The notes beneath the pieces were generated by a model. The model did not search any database, was not told where the DNA came from, and saw only the letters and a list, made by a program, of their open reading frames with translations. Made by a program: the position numbers and the translations under genes. Shown here in pieces: positions 26,041 to 35,460 of a DNA stretch of 44,036 nucleotides. The first letter of the stretch is position 1; every line of letters starts with the position of its first letter. Source of the stretch: Candidatus Heimdallarchaeota archaeon (GTDB lineage Archaea; Asgardarchaeota; Heimdallarchaeia; Hodarchaeales; Hodarchaeaceae); the NCBI GenBank assembly GCA_048881705.1, contig JBHLSH010000025.1, forward strand, positions 1 through 44,036, in the 5' to 3' direction.

Positions 26041-28257
26041 TTGCCATTTCAAACTCTCTATCAATTTATCCTCGAAAAGTTTAGACCTCCTTTTTCTCTA
26101 GTTCCTCCTCCAGAAGTTGAGAAGATTACGTTTCTTTCTCATAAAGGAAGCTTTAACGACGGTCTTCGAGAGTTAGAGAAATTTGAAAATTCTGAAAATC
26201 TTACTGAAGCTGACCTGGTTCAAGGCCTCATTTTAAAGAGCCGTATTTTATCCTGGAAGGGGAGTCCGAGCGAAGGATTAGAACTAGCTGAAAAGCTAAT
26301 TGTTAGGTGTAAGGGATTAGAAAATCCTTTATTGATGTTCGACTCTGTTATTTCCAAGACCATTGGATTGATTGAACTTGGCGATTTGATCAAGTCCGAA
26401 AGAGCAATCGAGAGGGGAGAAATAATGCTGGTTTCAATAAAAAGGGCGCGGAGAAAAGATTATCTCGAAAGGTTGTCGACCCTAAAATACCTGAAGGGTA
26501 AGTTATATCAAAAAAAGGGGGACTTAAACTCGGCACTTGAGAATGTACAAGAATCTTTATCACTTCAGCGAAGTTTAAATGGGAAAATAGATACGGCTGA
26601 ACCTTTGAATGTTCTTGGGATTATTTATGCACAAAAAGGGGAGTTTGATCTTGCACTAGAACACTTTGGATCAAGCCTGGAATTATTCGAGAAAATTGGC
26701 AACCTTATGTCTAGTATTAAGATCCTGAACAACATGGGATTATGTTTATCGATGAAAGGGGAATTAGATCAAGCTATTGAGAATTACGAACGAAGTCTGG
26801 GGATGAGTGAAAAACTCGGAGTTAAAACCTATATGGCTGCTATTTCCATGAACATAGGGTTAATCCAACAAAAAAAAGGAAATTTAGATAGCGCTCTGAA
26901 CTACTATCAAACTAGTCTTCCGATTTTTGAAGAATTAAACAATACTCACAACGTAGCAACATGTCTGAACAATGTTGGAATAGTTTTTCAGGTAAAAGGG
27001 GAACTAGATCAAGCTTTGAAGTATTACCAAAAGAGTTTGGAAAAAAGAGAAGAACTGGGGAACAAGCAGGAAATCGCCGAAAGTTATAACAATATAGGAG
27101 CCCTTCTTGAAATGAGAGGAGACTACGTCGAATCCTCGTCATATTACATGCAAAGTTTCCTCTTGAGTGAGGAAATCGGCAATGATACTGATACGTGTGA
27201 AACTCTCTATAATCTCGTAAGATCCAGTGTACATGCTGAAAATGAGGAACAGGCTCGTTTATATCTTCAAAAATTGCAGGAAATCAATGATAAGGTTGAA
27301 AATAAACTGATAAGCCAACATTTTCGGCTAGCTCGAGCCCTAGTTCTAAAAATGAGCACGAGGGTTACTAGTCAAGCCAAGGCCCAGGAGATCTTTCAAG
27401 AGATCTCCAATGAAGAAGTTTTAAATCACCATCTGACATTCGAGGCGATGCTCAATCTCTTTGAACTGCTTCTTAATGAATTACGGACAACGGGGAGATC
27501 AGATGTCCTTAATGAAGTGAAACAGTTGTCCGAGAACCTCCTAGATATTGCCAAGTCACAAAACTCCTTTTCGAAGTTGGCCGAAACCTATCGTCTCCAG
27601 GCAAAGCTTGCTTTACTTGAATTAGACGTAAAAAAATGTCAACAATTGCTAACTCAAGCCCAAATAATAGCCGAAACTAAAGGGTTACAAAAATTGGCCA
27701 TTAATATTTCCAATGAGTACGATACTCTCCTAGATCAGTTATCTAAATGGGATAATTATGTTGATCGCCAAGCCTCAATCAGTGAAAGGTATGAGCTTGC
27801 GGAACTAGAAAAAATGATGAGCGGCCTCCTCCAGAAAAAGGTAATGAGTGATGACGAACTACCAGAGGAACAACCCATAATGCTTCTAATATTGGAGGAA
27901 GGAGGAATCAGTATTTTTTCAAAAAACTTTGGAACGGAGCCCTTGCAAGAACAGTTAATTGCAGGCTTTCTCAATGCCATTAATGCATTTATGCAGGAAG
28001 CATTTTCGGTTTCGGGTTCAATTGAACGAATAAAACATAGGGATAATACCCTCCTCCTGAAAGCGATTGAACCCTTTCTTTTTTGCTATGTATTCCAGGG
28101 GCAATCCTACTCCGCTCTCCAAAAGCTCGAGAAATTCATTGATGATATTCAAGCTTCTGACGAATTATGGAATGCCCTTCTCAATATAAAGGCCAAAGGG
28201 CGCACACACCTTGTAAAAGAAGCGCTTGATAACGTACTGGAACAGGTTTTTACTTGA
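26041..28257 (+). CDS. TPR-repeat protein with C-terminal longin-like domain
   Basis: About six TPRs (LNNMGLCLSMKGELDQAIENYERSL pattern). C-terminal PIMLLILEEGGISIFSK...LIAGFLNAINAFMQE...IERIKH...LLLK...FLFCYVF matches the longin b-b-a-b-b-b-a order. Confidence 0.85.
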   Translation: MPFQTLYQFILEKFRPPFSLVPPPEVEKITFLSHKGSFNDGLRELEKFENSENLTEADLVQGLILKSRILSWKGSPSEGLELAEKLIVRCKGLENPLLMFDSVISKTIGLIELGDLIKSERAIERGEIMLVSIKRARRKDYLERLSTLKYLKGKLYQKKGDLNSALENVQESLSLQRSLNGKIDTAEPLNVLGIIYAQKGEFDLALEHFGSSLELFEKIGNLMSSIKILNNMGLCLSMKGELDQAIENYERSLGMSEKLGVKTYMAAISMNIGLIQQKKGNLDSALNYYQTSLPIFEELNNTHNVATCLNNVGIVFQVKGELDQALKYYQKSLEKREELGNKQEIAESYNNIGALLEMRGDYVESSSYYMQSFLLSEEIGNDTDTCETLYNLVRSSVHAENEEQARLYLQKLQEINDKVENKLISQHFRLARALVLKMSTRVTSQAKAQEIFQEISNEEVLNHHLTFEAMLNLFELLLNELRTTGRSDVLNEVKQLSENLLDIAKSQNSFSKLAETYRLQAKLALLELDVKKCQQLLTQAQIIAETKGLQKLAINISNEYDTLLDQLSKWDNYVDRQASISERYELAELEKMMSGLLQKKVMSDDELPEEQPIMLLILEEGGISIFSKNFGTEPLQEQLIAGFLNAINAFMQEAFSVSGSIERIKHRDNTLLLKAIEPFLFCYVFQGQSYSALQKLEKFIDDIQASDELWNALLNIKAKGRTHLVKEALDNVLEQVFT

Positions 28258-28301
28258 GTCCGGGAATTCGTATCGTAACCGTTTTTCAAATTCCTGTGGC
28301 T

Positions 28302-29351
28302 TTATCTCTTCATGGTATTAACTAGATCATCGATATCGAATTTGTACTCCACGTACTTCTTATAGAATCTAAAACCAAGCCTTCTATTAATCGATATCAT
28401 AGGTTTATTGGTCAAAGCAAAGTCAGTAGCGACAGAACGTACTGAAGGGAGATTATTTTTGACGAATGTCATCATTTCTGCTTTTAACCACTTTCCCAGA
28501 CCTCTACTTCTATATTTCTCCTGGACGCCCGTGAGTCCTTGATATAGTAGAGATGAACGATCCGGTCTGAACGTTGTTTCTGTTAATCCACTTATAGCGC
28601 CGTCCTTCTCTCGAGTAATCATCGTTGTCCAGGTGGTGCCTAATTCCTTTTCTCTCTCTTCGCGTTCTCGTCGCGTTTCTGGAGTTTCTTTGGCCTCCCA
28701 TTCGGTTTCGCCTTTCGGAACTTGATTTAATACTTCGGTATAGAGGTTACAATAATTTACAATATCCTTTTCATCAACAGTTTCAAATTTTTCAATAGTA
28801 ACTCCCTGTGCACGCCTTCGTCCCTCCACACGCCAATTTTCGATCATATCCCAATCAATTTCCTCAATCTTGAGGCGACTTTCTTCCTCCGTGAGCGCAG
28901 AAAGTCCTCCAAATGCTTCACAAAAAGCAATTCCTGCTGGATTAAGGGCACCAACCTGAAAAACAGTTTTGGATTCTTTCACGACTTCTGGAACAAGAGT
29001 ATCTAGTAAATGAGTTCCAATTTTGCTACGACGATACTGGGCATCAACAAACAGGGTTCCGAACGCCACATGTTTGTTCTGCTCGTATCCAGGCGATGAT
29101 TCTTTATAGACGGAAACTCTTCCGTATCCTATAACTCTAGCATTGTCTGGAGTAAAAACTATCCATCTTGAATGGCGTAGATCTGGGTTTGGCAGATAAA
29201 ATTCCTTCTTTACGACATCTCTTGATGGCAATGGATCATCAGGATTTAATTCTAGCCAAAATGCTTCAAAAAAATCTAAAATTATATCCCATTGAGCATC
29301 ATCGGTAGATTCTGGATCGAATACCTCAACCTTAACCTTCATTTTAATCAA
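28302..29351 (-). CDS. Tandem-GNAT acetyltransferase
   Basis: Two GNAT halves: LFVDAQYRRSKIGTHLL and LTGVQEKYRSRGLGKWLKAEM...TNKPMISINRRLGF. Confidence 0.92.
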   Translation of the reverse strand: MIKMKVKVEVFDPESTDDAQWDIILDFFEAFWLELNPDDPLPSRDVVKKEFYLPNPDLRHSRWIVFTPDNARVIGYGRVSVYKESSPGYEQNKHVAFGTLFVDAQYRRSKIGTHLLDTLVPEVVKESKTVFQVGALNPAGIAFCEAFGGLSALTEEESRLKIEEIDWDMIENWRVEGRRRAQGVTIEKFETVDEKDIVNYCNLYTEVLNQVPKGETEWEAKETPETRREREEREKELGTTWTTMITREKDGAISGLTETTFRPDRSSLLYQGLTGVQEKYRSRGLGKWLKAEMMTFVKNNLPSVRSVATDFALTNKPMISINRRLGFRFYKKYVEYKFDIDDLVNTMKR

Positions 29352-29557
29352 TGGTAGATTTCTTGATAGACATTAAATCCTCCTTTCTTTGGGCAAAATT
29401 AGCCTTTAACATGAGCTCGCCCTCTTGTGAGATCAATTTCTGCTTGTCCGTCAAATACATACAATTACATGAGTCCTCACATCGACGTCATATTAGGTCG
29501 TCAATGTTAGATCTTAAAAGGCAAAACGGTCTTTGATTCCTCAGTCGAGGTATCGAC

Positions 29558-29983
29558 ATGAAGAGAGTGTATCTAATCCGCAATGGAGTCTCATTAGATG
29601 AAATACGTGACTTTGCGGATTTTATCGATGGATACCCAGGTCGCAGGTTCAAAGTAGTCTATTTTGAGGATTCCCACGATCCCGAGACTGACCTAATCCA
29701 GGTTGAAACCTTGGTGAGAAGTTGTACAAGGGCCCTTCTGTTCCTGGGGAGTGATATCACGTCTAGGAGTCCCTATTTGGATCACGAAATCCGGTGTGCA
29801 TTCGTGTTCGGATTAAAAAAGTTTGTCCTCACTCTGGATGAGGAAAACTATCCCGCGGGCCTGGCCAAGGGGGTGCCCATCACGTGGAGACTGGATGCGA
29901 ATACGGTGTTTAAGGCCTCCGAGCAGAATATTGTCCTTGGTATTTTAGGGATCGGCCAGCTGAAGTATATCAACTGGCCGTGA
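29558..29983 (+). CDS. Stand-alone TIR-like (ThsB-like) protein
   Basis: MKRVYLI (betaA) and RSCTRALLFLGSDITSRSPYLDHEIRCA resemble the ThsB/TIR consensus S..TIVLIG..T..R.WVDWEI..S, with the putative catalytic Glu77. GAGG RBS. Confidence 0.6.
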   Translation: MKRVYLIRNGVSLDEIRDFADFIDGYPGRRFKVVYFEDSHDPETDLIQVETLVRSCTRALLFLGSDITSRSPYLDHEIRCAFVFGLKKFVLTLDEENYPAGLAKGVPITWRLDANTVFKASEQNIVLGILGIGQLKYINWP

Positions 29984-30030
29984 GCAGCGATGGGTACTCC
30001 CTTTTGGGGAATGTTCCCGTTTTAACGGGA
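29953..30030 (+). other. Cluster of three GC-rich hairpins at the 3' end of the TIR-like gene
   Basis: CGGCCAG..CTGGCCG (29953-29980), TCCC-tttt-GGGG (29998-30009), TCCCGTT-tt-AACGGGA (30015-30030). Confidence 0.45.
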
Positions 30031-30798
30031 GGTGGGGAAAGCTCAATCCAGTCCCTTCCGAGATATGAAGGTTGATAGGCTAGCTTGTGATTAGAGGAAA
30101 TAGATCTGTAAAACTACTGACAACGGAAAATGAGTAAAGATTCCGACTTACGCTTTTCATCATTCTTTTGTGGATTACGAAGAAGAATCGTGGAAAGGCT
30201 TTCTTTCAATAAGGAAATTGGGAAATGGCAGCATGTGGTTTTGCTCAAGTGTTACAGGTCAACCCCCATGACCAAGAGGCAAAAAAATTTTACACAAAGG
30301 CAGATTTTCGTCATCGTAGCTACTGCTGCTAGGGATGAGGATCTCTACTATCAAGGGCGAGCGAGTATTATGGTGGGTGACGAGTCTAGAAAGTGATGGA
30401 GGGATGGGTTCCAAGCACCCTTCTTCACAAAATACTCGCGAGTGTCACCCATCCTTAGATTCACATGGTTCCTTATAAAGCCTCCTGAGCTTTTCGAGGG
30501 ATTTGAGTCTTCGTTGACTTTCAATTTTCGATGTACCGCGGAACTGGAATCTTCAATCGAATCTGTCCTATCTATCAAGGATTCATCTTTACGATGAGTA
30601 ACAATTACTGCGTATTCCTCTGACTTCTTTCGTATGATTCTATGGCGTGCATTAGGGCCTCAGCACTGTCCTGGCGGATCCAGGGAGTTTTTTTCCATTA
30701 GTGATGGAGTTAAGAAACCATAAAACACGAAATGTTCTTATAAAATACGGAACGCTCATAACGGATTATGCTCAATTAAACAGATATTGAAATTTTGA

Positions 30799-31602
30799 GT
30801 GAGAATAATGAAATTTATTGATCTATCCATTCCAATTAAGAATAATTGGCCATGTGACCCTCCACTTATGTATCCTGAGATTGAATACAATGATCATGAG
30901 CACGGGGCCTTGGAGATGGGCTTTTTCTTTCCTGATTTGAACCCAGAGGAAGAGCTACCTCTTGGTAAAGGTTGGGCAACCGAAAATGTGCGTCTATCCA
31001 CCCATAATGGCACCCATATGGATGCTCCGTGGCACTATGCACCAGTAATGGACAAAGAAATAGTGGAAAAACCAGCAATGACCATTGATGAAATTCCTCT
31101 AGAATGGTGTATGGCCCCGCTGGTGATCTTAGATTGTACAGACCTGGAGGATGGATATATAATGCAACCAGAAGATATTGATCAAAAGCTGGTTGAACTA
31201 GATTATACCCTAAATCAGGGGGATGTTCTTTGTATTCATACAAATGCTCCCAATTATATTGGAACGGATGAGTACGTAAATCACGGGATAGGAGTAGGAT
31301 TAGAAGGTACTTTGCATATCCTAAGGAAAGGGATAAAGATAGTAGGAACCGACGCTTGGTCTTGGGATGCACCGTTCGCCCTTACCTCTGAAAAGTGGCA
31401 GAAGGCCCTTAAAGAAGACATTCGGGATCCGTCGATAATTTGGGAAGGCCATTTCGCTGGAATTGAACGGGGATATTTTCAGATGGAGAAATTAACGAAC
31501 TTGGACCAAGTACCTCCTGCCGGCGCAACAATATGCTGCTTTCCAATAAAAATAGAAAAAGCAAGTGCAGCGTGGGTAAGAGCTGTCGCCTATTTTGATT
31601 AA
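30799..31602 (+). CDS. Cyclase family metal-dependent hydrolase (kynurenine formamidase-like)
   Basis: Signature STHNGTHMDAPWHY, VGTDAWSWD, QMEKLTNLDQVP, AWVRAVA. Confidence 0.93.
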   Translation: MRIMKFIDLSIPIKNNWPCDPPLMYPEIEYNDHEHGALEMGFFFPDLNPEEELPLGKGWATENVRLSTHNGTHMDAPWHYAPVMDKEIVEKPAMTIDEIPLEWCMAPLVILDCTDLEDGYIMQPEDIDQKLVELDYTLNQGDVLCIHTNAPNYIGTDEYVNHGIGVGLEGTLHILRKGIKIVGTDAWSWDAPFALTSEKWQKALKEDIRDPSIIWEGHFAGIERGYFQMEKLTNLDQVPPAGATICCFPIKIEKASAAWVRAVAYFD

Positions 31603-31776
31603 AATTGAATAAAAGAAATATTGCGTAATACAGGATGCTCTCAGATCAATAGATGGTTGTATTAATTTCACCAAGCGATCCTTAGATTTAACCTGCCATA
31701 ATCATGGCGTTCAAACAACAATTTAAGAAATAACCAACCCTAGAATTAGGCAACAAAATTTAGTACTGAGGAGGGA

Positions 31777-32457
31777 TCACTGAGTCTTTATCTGACCTCT
31801 CTCGTATAGTTCGATTGCGTAGATCAGGGCCTGCGGGCTATCCAACGGTATTCTTTGCGAGTTTTTCATCTGAGAGTCTCGTACTGGAGAAAACCGGATC
31901 TTTTGCCAAATTAAATCCTCAATCATCACGGAATAGTACTTTTCCATCATGCTATGAATAGTTTTATGAATTTCTCTAACAGCGTGCTTGGTAATCTCTG
32001 TAAGCTTTGAGTAATGTTGAAGCATATCCTTTAACGCACGGACAAGAAAATATGATGGTGGGATTGCCACTTCAAACGAATTTGGGAGATATATTACAAG
32101 GATGCCGTAGTTGGTTCCTAAATATCGCGGATCGCAATCTGGGTCAGTAAAACTAAACGGATACACGAGGCCAAAGTACGGATACCCAGGAACGGGCAAA
32201 CGATAGATTGAGCCCCCATAAATGGCACCTTCATGGCCCAAAGCGGTCATGTATCTGGCAGCAAGCTGAAAATGGAATTTTAGAGGGTAATCTGACTCGT
32301 TTGCGAAAAAAGGAACCTCTGATAAGATTACCGGTTCAGGACCTCGTTCCCCAAATCGATAGATATTCACAGATATCATATTTGGGGATAGAAAAGCTCT
32401 TTTGGGTGTCATTGCCTCAGGAATCGGGAGGCCAGGATTTTCAACGGGCGTCGTCAT
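31777..32457 (-). CDS. uDENN/longin-like domain protein
   Basis: N-terminal strand + F-x-x-x-GP-x-P (IYRFGERGPEP) typical of uDENN modules, then helix and beta strands (YRLPVPG.PYFGLVYPFSF.D...DPR). Family call is by pattern only. Confidence 0.5.
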   Translation of the reverse strand: MTTPVENPGLPIPEAMTPKRAFLSPNMISVNIYRFGERGPEPVILSEVPFFANESDYPLKFHFQLAARYMTALGHEGAIYGGSIYRLPVPGYPYFGLVYPFSFTDPDCDPRYLGTNYGILVIYLPNSFEVAIPPSYFLVRALKDMLQHYSKLTEITKHAVREIHKTIHSMMEKYYSVMIEDLIWQKIRFSPVRDSQMKNSQRIPLDSPQALIYAIELYERGQIKTQ

Positions 32458-33524
32458 CCTGATGCCAACCCTTCTTCCCGAATCAGGTGCCTCCAGCCGC
32501 CGCGTCCAGGATATGGGAGCGAATCTACATTATCCGTCTCAGATTCCTGATCATAAACTTTTGCCTCATTGGCCGCCTGTGGGATGGGTCTTGTTTTGGA
32601 GTTGGAAATCACTGTAGGTACAGTTAATTTCACGGAAGACGAATCCCCAAGATCATTATCAGGATTCCCGCTGTTCAAGGCCTTATTAAGACGGGTGCGC
32701 GTGGTACAGATTACATTTAGCTTTGGCACGGAGAATACCGATTTTATATCTAGGGTCGGGAACTGTTTCAGACTATGATAAACAATTGCTCTGCCCCACG
32801 ATTGATATGCGTTAATTCGGCGGCCTTCTTCCGTTTCTAGGAATCTCTTTGTTACCTGCATCACCATCCGCCAAATTCGTTTTATCTGACGATGTGATAA
32901 TTGATCCAAGGTAAGTTCTCGCTCAAAACATTGGTGCGCCGCCTGATAGAGGGCTTGGTTTTGTGTTCGAACCCTAACCTCTTTCCATTGCTGCCGAAGC
33001 TTCGGGGCTTTCCATAGAATTTTCCTTCGGGCACGATTAATGTCTATATGTGTAATTGGATCGGAAAAATGGATAGAAGCATTGATACTCTGTATTTCAT
33101 CTTCAGTTAAGATGGCATCTCGAAAATTCCGCTGTAATTCAATCATAGCGATCAAACCAACATATCGATCCCTTTCGGAACCATGAAACAGCTCTGGTAC
33201 CCGTGAGAGGCTGATAGCACACTCAACCATCATAGGATATGAAAAAAACTCTGATAAACTATTCACTGTTTTCATGTAGGAAACCATCCGATTATTGGCC
33301 GTGAATTCCGCGTCCTTGCTTCGAATTCGGTTATGTAGGCGTGCTAAACGTCGAAAAGTGGGCCCATACGAGGCCCATTCGTGAATTCCTGCGCGGGTAC
33401 CGTTGATCCAGATCCTTTGACGATCCGGATGTCCCCGCTGTGGATCGTAGTCATCTAATGGCACAACTAGGCCAGTTATTTGAGGAGACGGGGCAATGGC
33501 CCCATCTAAAGGTTTGGAACCCAT
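32454..33524 (-). CDS. Highly divergent TFB/TFIIB-like cyclin-fold protein lacking the zinc ribbon
   Basis: TGLVV..DY.P aligns with CG.V...ID.GP, RRLARLHNRIR with the TFB linker RLRKWQ.RIR, LFHGSERDRYVGLIAMIELQR...LTEDEI with L..GRS....AA.LY.ACR...PRTL.EI, and SWGRAIVYHS with GLAAAALYIA. Its stop overlaps the downstream ATG (ATGA). Confidence 0.55.
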   Translation of the reverse strand: MGSKPLDGAIAPSPQITGLVVPLDDYDPQRGHPDRQRIWINGTRAGIHEWASYGPTFRRLARLHNRIRSKDAEFTANNRMVSYMKTVNSLSEFFSYPMMVECAISLSRVPELFHGSERDRYVGLIAMIELQRNFRDAILTEDEIQSINASIHFSDPITHIDINRARRKILWKAPKLRQQWKEVRVRTQNQALYQAAHQCFERELTLDQLSHRQIKRIWRMVMQVTKRFLETEEGRRINAYQSWGRAIVYHSLKQFPTLDIKSVFSVPKLNVICTTRTRLNKALNSGNPDNDLGDSSSVKLTVPTVISNSKTRPIPQAANEAKVYDQESETDNVDSLPYPGRGGWRHLIREEGLASG

Positions 33525-33853
33525 TCATTCATCACTTTCCTGTCAGTTCGGAACTATAAGCGCTCCAAACTGCTCGAAAAGAGATGAATAGGTTAACCGC
33601 TTATAAAGAGTTTCGGGCATTTAAATACCCCTTTAAAAGCTCCCAATAAACTCAAGCAGGAAAACGGCAAGCGACCTTAATCGGACATTGAGAAAATGGA
33701 TCTATGAATTATTCTAGTAAACTTCTTAATCGGTCATCATAACGAAAATCGCGCTATTTATGAGGGATCCAATCTACACTCGGTCTTCATCACCTCGGAA
33801 ACGAAAACCAGTCCAATATCGATTGATGGCCCAATGTCATTTTTTACTTCAAG

Positions 33854-33919
33854 TATATAAACACCCATAGACTTCGGTGGGGGATTCGATGTGTTTCCTC
33901 GGATACACGTCAACCCCAC
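33854..33919 (+). promoter_or_regulatory. TATA box and leader hairpin upstream of the luxE-like gene
   Basis: TATATAAA at 33854-33861. Inner stem GATGTGTTTCC/GGATACACGTC (33888-33911) is closed by GTGGGG/CCCCAC (33877-33919). Confidence 0.45.
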
Positions 33920-33985
33920 GGATCCTAGCGGGTTTTAGTGGGAAAAATCCTGAAATATGGTGAAAATTAAAACAGTGAAAAAGAA

Positions 33986-35413
33986 ATGACATCTATTATC
34001 AAAACAATCGTCCAAAACGAGGTGGGACGATATATTTTGGATCCTGCGGAGTTAACCAAACTCCCAATCTCCCAGGTGTTGGATCTGGATGCTAGTATAG
34101 TTGAACAGATCCAATTAGAGGCGCTTAAGCGTCGCTTTGAATACTTCCGACCGCGAATCCAGGCCCTCGAAAAGCTGGCCAATGAACAAGGTATCCATGA
34201 AATCGAAACCTTGGATGATGCTGGGCCGCTGCTTTTTCAACACAGTGTCTATAAGAGTTACCCGCTTTTCCTGATCGAAAAAAAGCGTTTTGACAAACTC
34301 ACTGAGTGGCTTCAGAAATTAACCACCCACGACCTCTCCACAGTTAATACGAAGGGAGTAAAAACCATAGATGGGTGGTTACAGGCAATTGAAGATGCTA
34401 CGGACATCGAAATTGTTCATAGTAGTGGGACGACAGGGAAGCTCTCTTTCTTGCCCCGTTCTGCCTCGGAGATGGCAGCCTATACTGATGGCTTTTACTT
34501 ATTGCTGGAAGGAATGACTGGGAATAATTATCGCAAGGTTCACATGCCCGTCTTTTTCCCAGGCTATCGAGATGGTAGACAGTTACAGCAACGAGTTATC
34601 GGGAAATTCGGGCCCGAAATCGCAGGTTCGAACGAGGAATTCCATACTGCCTTTGATGGCTTCATGAGTGCCGACTTTATGAGTTTGGCAGGTCGCGTGA
34701 AAGCGGCCAAAGCGAAGGGTGAATTGGGAAAACTTCAATTGATCAAAGCTTTGGCTCACAACAAAGGTGAACTAATCAAGATGAAACGGCAGGCTCCAAA
34801 GATGATGGAAGCGTTCATCAAAGAACTGGTGACTGAGTACGCTGGAAAAACAGTGTTATTCATGGGTGTGTGGTCAGTCATTATTGAAACTGCATTGGCA
34901 GGCTTGGAACAAGGAGCTTCCAACCTGTTTGGCCACAGTACAGGGATCGTGACTGGGGGTGGTATGAAGAACTATCAACCCCCTGAAGGCTGGTACGAGA
35001 AATGTCTAGAATTTTATGGTGTACCATTTATTCGAGATTCCTATGGAATGACAGAAATGACCGGCGGTGGCTGCATTCCCTGTGACCACAACCATTACCA
35101 TCTCCCTCCATGGTTGATCCCTTATTTGTTAGATCCTGAGACAGGCAAAGTTCAACCACGGAATGAAACTAAGACTGGACGTTTTGCGTTCTACGATCTT
35201 CTAACGGAAAGCTATTGGGGAGGCTTCATCACTGGTGACGAAGTGACCATCCATTGGGATAATGATCCCTGTGGGTGTGGGTACAAGGGTGTGTGGTTCG
35301 ACAAAGGGATACAAAGATACAGCGAAAAGCAGGGCGGCGATGATAAGATCACCTGTGCCGGCGTTCAGGAGGCCAATGAGGCCTTACTCGACTTTTTATT
35401 AGAGGAAGATTAG
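33986..35413 (+). CDS. LuxE-like acyl-protein synthetase
   Basis: Adenylate-forming motifs HSSGTTGKLSF, TGGGMK, DSYGMTEM, ITGDEV, and a C-terminal Cys (KITCAG) in the position expected for the LuxE acyl acceptor. Confidence 0.8.
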   Translation: MTSIIKTIVQNEVGRYILDPAELTKLPISQVLDLDASIVEQIQLEALKRRFEYFRPRIQALEKLANEQGIHEIETLDDAGPLLFQHSVYKSYPLFLIEKKRFDKLTEWLQKLTTHDLSTVNTKGVKTIDGWLQAIEDATDIEIVHSSGTTGKLSFLPRSASEMAAYTDGFYLLLEGMTGNNYRKVHMPVFFPGYRDGRQLQQRVIGKFGPEIAGSNEEFHTAFDGFMSADFMSLAGRVKAAKAKGELGKLQLIKALAHNKGELIKMKRQAPKMMEAFIKELVTEYAGKTVLFMGVWSVIIETALAGLEQGASNLFGHSTGIVTGGGMKNYQPPEGWYEKCLEFYGVPFIRDSYGMTEMTGGGCIPCDHNHYHLPPWLIPYLLDPETGKVQPRNETKTGRFAFYDLLTESYWGGFITGDEVTIHWDNDPCGCGYKGVWFDKGIQRYSEKQGGDDKITCAGVQEANEALLDFLLEED

Positions 35414-35460
35414 TGATCGCCCCTTCCTCGTCTCTTTTTTCATAAATGAAGTGTTGAACT

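Noticed and set aside
29351-30396. ORFs 29351-29536 and 30130-30396
   Set aside because: Atypical composition, no motifs. The first overlaps the divergent GNAT start and promoter.
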